Shown here: positions 50,961-61,140 of the stretch, piece by piece
Position numbering within the stretch: the first letter of the stretch is position 1
Layout of the letters: every line of letters starts with the position of its first letter
Source of the DNA: Malacoraja senta
Lineage: Eukaryota
Direction of reading: 5' to 3'
NCBI GenBank assembly: GCA_038087875.1
Contig: JAXLNO010000573.1
Span: 124,001 to 188,000 of the forward strand
Length of the DNA: 64,000 bases
The notes under the pieces: generated by a model
Database searches by the model: none
What the model was told of the DNA's origin: nothing
The model's input: the letters and a program-made list of their open reading frames with translations, nothing else
Program-made: the position numbers and the translations under genes

Positions 50961-51499
50961 ATAGGTGAGTTCCGTCAGGAGGAGCTGAGTGTTGGCAGAG
51001 AGAAACTGATTGGCTCTCTGTTTTAGGAAGAATTGCAGGGCCTTGGGACTTCCTATTACCAGAAAGGCCCGACAAGATTACTTCAAGTTGGACTTCAAGG
51101 TCAGTTGATTTACATTGATCGCTTTCTTGACTTTCTTATCATAATGGTGTAAATTCTCATTTAGGGGCAAGAACAACTCTTCTTGTCTCTTCCATTTATT
51201 TAACTCATACCAACACCCACAAAGTGATGCTTAACCTTTGGAACTGAGAGATGGGCCTAATTTTTAAGACCTGAATCCATGTAAGTGAGAAAGACTGCAG
51301 AATTTGTGACTATAGTGGGAGAATCCCATAACTTCAGAGGAAAGAAAAGTTGAAAAAAATAGCTGGAAGGAGTCCTGGCAAATTCAAATATTTTGTGATA
51401 AATTCCAATAAATTGTAATTCCAATACTAATAATTGGGGGGGGGGGGGGGGTTATTAAAAAAGAATGTTCTTTACATCAGTGTGACACACTGTACACAT

Positions 51500-52222
51500 G
51501 ACGACCATTTGGTCGAAAAGTCTGCCAATGCCTATTGGATCTCCTAACTTGAACTATTTTAAGTCCCCTTCTCGTTTCCCAACAGTCCTCATTGTCCTGG
51601 GCCTCCTCCATTGCCAGTGTGAGGTCACACACAAATTGGAGGAACAGAAACTCATATTCCACTTGGATAGCTTATAACCCTATCGTATGAAATTTCAATG
51701 TAGCTAATAACATACAAACCCCTCCCTTCTCTCATCCTTTCCCATCACCCCCCCCCCCCACCACCACTGTGCTCTACTTGGATGTGTACCGATATCTCTC
51801 CTTCCCCCTCCGCTTCCATCTATATTCCTTCCTCTGGCTTCACAATTCGCATTTCTTCTATCCTTCTCATATCTTGTCTTTTCGTCACTGGCATTTGTCC
51901 AACCATCCACGTCATAAATCCTCCTCACCTGTAATCACCTCTCTTTCAGCTTTCTTTCTCCCCCCCCCCCACCCCACCGTGATCCCTCCATGTTCTCCGG
52001 AGATGATGCCTGACCCACTGAGTTATTCCAGCACAGTGTATTTTTCTGTAAACTGGCATCTACAGTTTTTTGTTTCTCTGTTAGACCAGTCTGCAGAAGG
52101 GTCTTTACCTGAAACATCATCCATTCCTTCTATCCAGAGATGCTGCCTGTCCCGCTGAGTGACTCCAGCAATTTGTGTCTATCTTCGGTATAAACCAGCA
52201 ATCTGCAGTTCCTTCCTAAACA
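51500..52222 (+). mobile_element. Decayed PLE 3' region with terminal repeats
   Basis: gtcctgggcctcctccattgccagtgtgagg..aaattggaggaacag; terminal-repeat sequences near 51990-52075 and 52085-52222. Confidence 0.75.
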
Positions 52223-54147
52223 GTCCAACAGAAGTTACAGGAACAGAAAACAATAGATGTGAGTTCCACTGCTGCATGCGTACTTGCAGGCGCTATTTTC
52301 TGCAGTAGTGAACTCATGTAATGTTTACTAGCGTTAGGGTGTGGGATTCAGCAGCCCGATCCTTTGTGTATCCTTGATGGAATGGCACCATACCATCTTC
52401 CATCTGCAAATGCTCAGTCATCTTTGTTTCTGCTGTTATTAACCCTTCTGACTCACAACTCCTTCCAATGACTAACTCCAAATGATACTAACCTCTGGAG
52501 CATGTCATGATGGAGTTGATGACAAAGTTGCATGAATAACATAATTATGAATAACATAATTACAGGTGAAAAATCAGGTGAATTTGTAACAATAACGACT
52601 TGTTACAACGAAAGTTGCAATAGCACTTTCCATCAACTCTTTGATATGCTCCAAAGTAGATTGCCATTATTCCAAATCCAGCCAGAAAAAATCTGTTAAT
52701 CCAGTCTTCCTTGCTGTCAGTATCTCTGAGGCTTATTCCTTAAGCTCTTTTAAGAGCTGCGCTACTGAAAAATGGTAATTGCCAATTTTTTCTCTATCCT
52801 GCCCAACATTAATGGTAAATGGCAGCGAGGAAAGCAAGTCCGAATCTGGCATGTGTGAAGTGATCAATACTGGGCAGTAAAGGAAGTTCCAATGATTGAA
52901 AGGATTCAGAGGGAGGCCACCAGAATCATTGACTGGATGGAAATTTAACACTGGATTAGTCTTTGCTGATGGGGATTGTAACAGAAAGAAAATCAGATTT
53001 CTTAACTCGATTTTTTAGGACTTGAATAAATAAGACAGTCGTGAAAAATAAATTTCATTTTCTTGATTACATGGCTCCTTTATTTATACCACTGAATGAT
53101 CTTCATAAAGTTCATGTTTATTCTATGCCAGTTAAAAATTAGTTTGCTACCTCTGTATATGTGGATGAAAAAATACAGGTTTACCTGCAAACAAAGCCAG
53201 TCTGTGCTATGCTTCGGATGTCACTGTTTATCAAAGTTTATCCCTTCGAGATGATGAACAATTTCAAATCAATCTAACTCAAGCAGAGTTGATCTTTATT
53301 AAAATCAGAACATGTAATGTTGGGATTTGTCAGTTCCTGATTATAAAGTTCATTCGACCCATAATTTAATTTAAATGTAAAGTTGTTTTTAAGCAAGACC
53401 TATGTATGCTAAGTTGATTTTTCTTTGCTATATTTTACAGTATTTTGCAATATTGAGGAAATAACTTTTTTTTTTAACAAAGTCATAAAATATTTTGTTT
53501 GCTCTTGCTGGCCAAAGTTCAATATTGATGGTCAATGTTAATAGCAATGGCCAAAGAAAATGCAAAAAGTTAGGGCGAACAGGAAAGTTCATCTATCTGT
53601 TTGTGGGTGGCTTCCTGGCTATAATACAAGTGGGTGAGCTTGATCAAAATGCTGGAGGAATTCAGAAGGCCAAGTAAGATCTGTGGGGGGAAAAGGACTA
53701 ACAATGTTTTGTGTCAGGACTTCTGTCGTCTGTTCTTTTCCATCCATAAAGTTCCTCCACCAGTTTGGTTCTGGCTCAAGATTCCAGAATATGTAGTCCC
53801 TTGCTTCTCAAGAATCTAAATGAGTTAAATTAAATAACTCTTGCAATTTTGCTAATAACCATAGTAGGAAGAGGCAGTAAGATTCAAGAATTTGATACCA
53901 TTGTGACAGAAGGAAACAAATGATATTTGGTGAATAGAAGTGATATAACAGAGTGTGACGAATATGCAGAGTGAAGTGCTGAGGATTACAGGTAATGAAA
54001 TCGAGGAAATCGTAATAAGGAGATCTCATGATTAAACAAATGGACAATTACTTCTGTTTATTTGCATAATTGTCTTCCTTTATTTGCTGAAGGAAGACCC
54101 TTGGTGTCAGTGTAATACATATAATGACTCAACATTATCCAAGATAG

Positions 54148-54750
54148 GACATAGAACAGTGCAGCATAGGAAGAGGCCCTTCGGCCCACAATGTCAGTGC
54201 CAAATATGATGCCAAATTAAGCTAATGTCCCGTGCTTGCACATGATCCATATACCTCCATTCCCTGCATATCCAAGTGCCTATCTGAAAGCATCTTAAAT
54301 GCCCCTTTCGTATCTGCTTCCTCCATACTCCCTGAAAGCATGTTCCAGGCACCCACCACTATCTGTGTAAAATAAACTTGCCATACACATCTCCTTTAAA
54401 CCTTGCCCTCTCACCTTAAAGCTATGCCTTCTAGTCTTTGATATTTCCACCTTGGGAAAGAGGTTCTGACTGTCTACCCTATCTATCCTTCACTTAATTT
54501 TACATACTTCTATCAGGTCTCTCCTCAACCTCTGACATTCCAGAGAAAAACAATGCATGCTTGTCCACCTTCTCCTTGCAGGAGAGCTTGTTCGCCCTCT
54601 CCAAAGCCTCTACATCTTTCCAATATTGGGGCATCAAGAACTGCACACAATACTCCAAATGCAGCCTAACTAAAGTCCTATAAAGCTGCAACATCACTTC
54701 CGGACTCTTATACACAATGCCACAACCGATGTAGGCAAGCTTACCATTCT
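54148..54750 (-). mobile_element. CR1 3' part, host of the LTR element (continues briefly after 56208)
   Basis: ORF 54500..54787 includes LQLYRTLVRLHLEYCVQF; catagaacagtgcagcataggaagaggcc tail. Confidence 0.82.
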
Positions 54751-54956
54751 TGTAGATCACTTCAAAGCATATAAGATTTACACACATCTTTATTCAGCAC
54801 TTTAACTTGGCAGCATTACAGAGCGAGGTGTTGTCAGTTCATCCTGGCTGCTTCAACTAACGGTGCTGGGAATGGGCGTTAATATAAATGTTATAATGGG
54901 GTGGAGTTAGTGATGCTGGCTAAGTGTGATTGATTCACATGCATCATCAATCTACA

Positions 54957-54967
54957 TCCTTCCCCCT
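54957..54967 (-). promoter_or_regulatory. Polypurine tract
   Basis: Minus strand AGGGGGAAGGA immediately before the 3' LTR. Confidence 0.85.
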
Positions 54968-55983
54968 AAAGATTAAAAGCATATTAAACATACTCGCTAT
55001 ACCTGACTGGTGGTCTACTAACACGGCCCGAACGCGTGCGGACCCAACCATCCCCTCCCTCAACTGAAGGATGAGGCGGAGAGGCTGAAGGTGAAAACCG
55101 CACGGGAGAGGATTGTGGTGACGGAGGGGTGAAACATGCGGTGGGTGAAACCCCGTGGTTAGTGGAGACCGATAGACGTGGGAGAGTGCCAGGCGTGCGG
55201 GGACGGGCAGGAGACATTGTGGAAGGCGGCTGGGACTGGAGCGGCGGAGCATATGGATCGGCAGGCGGTGGTCGGGGCTCCTTCACAGCAAGCAGGTGTT
55301 GGCGACTTCTCCGGTAAACCGCTCCCTCACAGTCCACAAGGTACGATCGCGGCTCATCAGTCGGGCGCACAACAACGCCCAGACGAGAATGACCAGTTGG
55401 AGTTCGCAGACGGACGACCTGCCCCGCCCTCGGGAAGGCTTGTAATTACTGCAAAAAGCTAAATCACTTTGCCTCAGCCTGTCGGGCTGCTATCAGGGCC
55501 CGAGGAAAGAATGCGCCCAGTCCCAAGTCTAATCTCAATTTTTTGCAACGAGACAGCAACATACTGACTCCCCATTTCCAGCTCGAAGCCACCCCCGAAT
55601 GTATTTCATTTGACTCGCAAGACGATCCTACTGTTTACATGTTACAGCATGCTGCTGCCAAGAACTCTGATCCTACAGTGACGATATCTATAAACAATGT
55701 TGCTTTTGGCGCGAAACTGGATACGGGGGCGAGGGTCAATACAATGTCAATCAACCTTTTTAACAGGATCAGGGCTAACGAGCCACTTTGCATGCTTTTG
55801 GTGGGGAGGTGCTATTTCCTCTGGGCAAAGCCAACTTGAAATGTGTACTGAAGAAAACAACTAGGGAATTGACTTTCCATGTGCTGGACTTTAATTCGGT
55901 TACCCTGCTTGGCAATCGTGCCTGTCAGGAACTAGGGCTGATTTCCTTTGATAAAACTGTCCACAAACTGCAAGTTTCCTTTG

Positions 55984-56001
55984 ATCCCACTTCTGACACC
56001 A
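55984..56001 (-). promoter_or_regulatory. Primer-binding site, tRNA-Leu-type
   Basis: Minus strand TGGTGTCAGAAGTGGGAT directly after the 5' LTR, complementary to a tRNA-Leu 3' end (..ATCCCACTTCTGACACCA). Confidence 0.85.
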
Positions 56002-57984
56002 TGTAGATCACTTCAAAGCATATAAGATTTACACACATCTTTATTCAGCACTTTAACTTGGCAGCATTACAGAGCGAGGTGTTGTCAGTTCATCCTGGCT
56101 GCTTCAACTAACGGTGTTGGGAATGGGCGTTAGTATAAATGTTATAATGGGGTGAAGTTAGTGATGCCAGCTAAGTGTGATTGATTCACATGTATCATCA
56201 ATCTACAATTCTTGCCTTCTTTACCACTCCGGCCACTTGTATACTCTATGAATAAGCCAGTTATGAATTCAAACTATAAAGTCACTGTGAGTCCCATAAA
56301 TCTTATCTTCTGGAGACTTGGCTTACTAAACCCCATGTAGACATCATCCACAGCCCTCTTAGTGTCTATACAACCGTTCTGTCTGTTCTTCCTTTGTAGA
56401 CTGATGAAATCCAACATGTCTCCAACGACTCTAACAAACCTCTACTGATGTACCATAAAAATCAGATTACATCATATACACTCAATGGTCTGTGTTGTGT
56501 CAGATGGTCACAGGGAATAAAAGTAGGGATGATGGCCCGGTGCTGGGTGCCTGGGTGCAGAGAAGATATCTGGATATCAGGTAGCCCAAACTCAATTGTG
56601 ATGCTCATAATGTTAAATAGAGTGTGAACACTTGCCATTCACATACACGTGACAAATCATGGTTTATGTTAAGAACAAAGAGTCATTCCCACCTGTTATC
56701 AGGCAACTGAACGGTCCTCTCATGCATCCCAAGAACTTTGTGCTGAGACGTGCTGTGATACTGCTGTGTATTTTTGCCATGGATATTGAGGAACATAAAG
56801 GTAACTTATTTTTTCTATGGGAAAGGGAATTAATGATAGATTGGATAAAAGACATTAAAATGTAAAAAGGTGGAAAATTAAATTAAAAAGGACAAGATGG
56901 TGAGCACAATTAAATAGTGCCAAATGGTGCAACAATTGCAATAATCCAGGGTCATTATTACAGTCACACATCACCTTAAGCTATTTAAATAACCATAACT
57001 ATCAGTTTCAGCTTCCATCAATGTGACCAGAAACCTCATAGAATTATTGTTCTTGGGCTGAGAGTTTGGAGAGATGCAATTTCACCTAAATATCTCTCAG
57101 ACAATTAACCTGAGTCTAAGAAGCTCACAATCATGTAAGAAAGAAAACAAATGGAATTACAGGTCAGTAGGTGGAAAGCTTCAGTGTTGTTGCTCCTGGG
57201 CCACCTTAATGTGGTTTTATTCTAAATTATTTCCTAGAGTAGTACTTAGAGTGTTGCTTTGATATTGACTAAGCTTCCCAGGGCAAAGTAGCTTTCTCGA
57301 TGATTATTGTCAATTTGCTAGTGAATTGAATTTCAGCATTATTATATATTTAAAAAATCTAAAGGTGAATAAAGGGATTAGAAAAAGAGCTAGTGCATGG
57401 GCTTAAGTTCTCTTTCTGGAGGATAAACACTGACTGATTGGGTTGTGCTTTTATCATTTCTTTATGATTCTGAGTAACCGTCTACTGATTATTGATAATG
57501 AGAATTATTCATTCTTTTATTGATGCACAGAATGAATTGTTATAGATTAAAAATATCATTTATTTGCTATCTTTATCACGTGCACTTGAGCTGCTGACTA
57601 CAGGGTACTTTTCCTTGCAACAAATGGAATATTAAGAACTCAAAAATGATAGCACAACACCAAAGGAATAGAATAAGGTGGAAGACAAACTACTGCCTGG
57701 AAATTCCAGCATGTGGTAAGTAACCACAGAGGTTTTAGCCTCATCTGCCTTATCTGACAGAAATGTTGTAGTAACCCTTGAAAATCAAAACAAATGCTGG
57801 TTCAGTGAAAAATCAGCACATATGTCAATAATCGGGTAAAGTGGCAATATATTGATCCTGAACTTTATTTGGACCATTTGTCACCAGATAACATCAAAGA
57901 AATAATGTAGAATAAAACCACATTAAATTAGCCCAGAAGCAACAGCACTAAAGCTTTCCAACCAGTTGCGTATAAGACTACCGG

Positions 57985-59079
57985 TTTTCGTGGATGACAC
58001 TACAATTGGTGGTAATGTGAAGAGTGAAAACGTTTATCTATGAATATAATGGGATCAACTGAGCCCTTGCATTGAGGAATGGCTGATGGAGTTTCACTCA
58101 GATGATGGCGATATTTTGCATTTTGACAAGACAAAGCAGTACAGGACTTACACAGTAAATGGTAGGGGCCTGGAGAGTGTAGTAGAACAGAGGAACCTGA
58201 GGGTGCTGATACATAGTTCCTGAAAGTGGCGACACAGGTAGACAGAATAGTTCAACAGTGCTTTATTTGTCTCATATGCGACTGCACAGTGAATTTCCTT
58301 TTGCATATATTACACATGCAGGCGCTGACATTTTTGGCGCCATTATTCAAAGTCCAAAGTCCGGAAGGCTTGTGCGCTTGGAATAGTGGAGCACCTCCCG
58401 CGAACTGACGTTCCTCCTCTCCTTGCCCGGCCATCTTTGTGTCCTGGAGGCACTGCCTGCAGCCGACATTGAAGGCGCTGGAAACATTACCCAGGTTCAC
58501 CCTCCTACCGGCCCACTCCTAGCGCTGAGTGGAGAAGAATGTGTTTATCACATTTGCCTTAATTGGCTAGTGTATTGAGTAAATAAGTTGACATAAACTG
58601 TAATGGTGTGTGAGACAGTGGTAAGTTCATATTTGGAACACATTTTTTAGTTCCGGTCTTCCTGTACAAAAAGGATGTAATTAAACTGCAAAAGGTGCAA
58701 GAACATTTACAATAATCTTACTAGTTCTGAAAACTTTAAGTTAGAAGGAGATAGGCTGGTCATTTTCCCTAAAATGTAGGAGGCTGAGGGTTGGTATATA
58801 AAATCATGAGGGGCATAGATAAGGTGAAGCTTTTCCCCAGAGTAAGGGAGTTTAAAACTAGATCACATCGGTTTAAAATGAGAGAGGAAAGAATTGAAAG
58901 GGAAAGACAATTGAGAGACAACTTTTTCACAGAGAGCGGTGCCTGCATGGAATGAGTTGCCAGAGGAAGTGGTAGAGATCGATACATTTACGCCCATTGA
59001 AAAAAACACTTAGACAGGTACATTGACAGGAAAGGTTTGGGGGGATTCGACCAGGCATAGGCAAGTGCACTAGCTCAGT
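57985..59079 (+). mobile_element. Old decayed CR1, with an unidentified insert at about 58250-58540
   Basis: FVDDT-like motif at about 57987; gtagaacagaggaacctgagggtgc; tggaatgagttgccagaggaagtggtagag. Confidence 0.7.
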
Positions 59080-59263
59080 TGGCGTCATGTTAGACTAACA
59101 GACGTGCACCCAGCTCCTCTCCCGAAAAACTTCACGATTTATCGTGTAAAACGGGTCCGAAAATCGGGATTGTTTTTAAAAACCTTACCGGAGCTTCTGG
59201 TTACCGCGCTGATGATGTCATCGTTAAACGCGATGTTTTAAACGGTGGTTTGAAGCCCTTTAA

Positions 59264-60334
59264 ATGAGTAAATTGACTCCAGCTGTGAGCCCTCAGAGAG
59301 CTGTGAATAAACTGTCGAAACAGTTCGAAACTGAAGTTACCTCTGAAGTCTCTGAAGTGGCTGCAGAAATGGATACAAGATCTAAGAAAGACTTTGATGA
59401 CTTGAAAAAATCAATGAAAAATTTGAAAGATGAGATCTCGGATAATAGGGTGGAAGATAAGAAGGAAATGAAGGAAAATTCGGCAAAAATGATGGAAGGA
59501 ATGCAGAAGATGATGAAGGATTTAAATGCTGGTAACCAGAAGAATATGACGGATTTACTGGACACTATGAATAAACGAATTGATGAGGTGAAAGATGGAC
59601 TATCAGAGAAAATGGATAAGATGGATGTAATTACTACGGATAAGTTCACGGCTGTACTTGAAACAGTAGCTGCAAGTATGCAGACAATCACGGAATTGGA
59701 GAAAAATACGGCACGACTTGTTGAAGACATGGCGAAACTAAGGCAAGAACATGAGCAAATGAGGCGAGAAAACGAACAAGCATCACTACAAATGGGGACT
59801 CAATTAGAGAAAGTCTCATTCAAATGCCTGGACCTGGAAGCTCGTTCTAGACGCCAGAATCTGAGGATTCTTGGTGTTTCAGAGGGGGCAGAAGGGGAAC
59901 AGGTACGTGAATTTGCCATGGGCTTGTTGAAACAACTGTTGAATCTTCCCAAGGAACCGAAAATCGAAGTGGCTCATCGTGTCCCAAGATTTGGAAAAAG
60001 ATTTGATGCGGGAAAAGCTTATCCACGACATATTATAGTGAAATTTCGAGATACTGCAGAACTGGAATATGTTATGACCCATATCAAATATGGTGTACAA
60101 TTACGGCTGGACAAAGACACTATTAAGATATTCAGGGACTACCCACATGAAATTGTGCAAAAAAGAAACAAATTTGATAAGGTTAAAGATCTTTTAAGAG
60201 GGAGAGAAGGGGTCAGATTCGGGGTTTTTTATCCCGCTAAAATGCGTATTTCTTTTAATGGTCTTGAAAAGTCATTTGTTAAGCCTGAAGACGCTTTCAA
60301 ATATGCCCAAACGATTGTTGAAAGACAGAAATAA
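59264..60334 (+). CDS. L1 ORF1p (coiled coil, RRM, C-terminal domain), 356 aa
   Basis: DLEARSRRQNLRILGVSEGAEG, AHR, PRHIIVKF, IFRDY, YPAKMRI after a long heptad-like region. Confidence 0.92.
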   Translation: MSKLTPAVSPQRAVNKLSKQFETEVTSEVSEVAAEMDTRSKKDFDDLKKSMKNLKDEISDNRVEDKKEMKENSAKMMEGMQKMMKDLNAGNQKNMTDLLDTMNKRIDEVKDGLSEKMDKMDVITTDKFTAVLETVAASMQTITELEKNTARLVEDMAKLRQEHEQMRRENEQASLQMGTQLEKVSFKCLDLEARSRRQNLRILGVSEGAEGEQVREFAMGLLKQLLNLPKEPKIEVAHRVPRFGKRFDAGKAYPRHIIVKFRDTAELEYVMTHIKYGVQLRLDKDTIKIFRDYPHEIVQKRNKFDKVKDLLRGREGVRFGVFYPAKMRISFNGLEKSFVKPEDAFKYAQTIVERQK

Positions 60335-61140
60335 AAGGGAGCTTTGGCAGATCCGAATAATTCTCAGCTATGTTTTGTCTGGGGATAGTTACACTGTTAT
60401 CTCCGGAATGTTGAAGCAAGGACATTTTCTGTTCAAAACGTGTAAACAACTTTATAACGGGATATGAATTAGAAAATAATTGCTTATTGATTAAAATGTT
60501 ATAACCAATTGTAAGAACTTATCCTATTAACAACTTTAAAAGTTATGCAGGTTAGATTAGAATACTAACAAAAAAAACAAAAAAAATAATGAACTAACAT
60601 ACTAATATGAATTTTTAATAAATTGTAACCTTGTCTATAAGCAGGAGGAGGGGATGAGAAACGAGCTCCTGGCTTATGTCCAGGAGCACGTCTCGTTAAC
60701 CCCTTCAACCAACAGCTGATTCTTATTGAAATCAAAAATATTGGTTTAATAATTAAACTCTGATATATATATATGTTATAAGGAAATATCAGGGTAAAAT
60801 TGTATTATATATATGAATGTGAGGCCTCGTTTTAATATTTTAATATGTTATGATTAACTAAGAGAGCGGAGCGAGTTGAGCAACAACGCAATGGAAGTCA
60901 AAATAAGGTTTTTTCCCACCTATAGGTGGGTCACTTGCTACAGTGCCGACTATAGACACTGTAGCCTCACTCTTTTAGTTTTTTTTTTATTACATAAAAT
61001 CACTTGTTTGTGTTTTGTGTTTAGTGATAAGAATAATATGGACATACCAACAAAAGTTAATAATTCAAAAACTCCCCCAATACCTAAAGACCTGGGATAT
61101 GGACGCACCACAAGATTCAAAGGTACTATAATTATTCAAA

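Larger units (their letters stand above)
54751..56207 (-). mobile_element. Gypsy/Ty3-type LTR retrotransposon derivative (1.46 kb) with both LTRs
   Basis: 206-bp LTRs at 54751-54956 and 56002-56207 (TGTAGAT...ATCTACA, 6 differences by manual count); 5-bp TSD ATTCT; PBS and PPT; remnants of integrase tail, CCHC knuckle and LDTGA protease. Confidence 0.93.

Noticed and set aside
55984..56001. tRNA gene
   Set aside because: Only 18 nt including CCA, adjacent to an LTR; it is a primer-binding site
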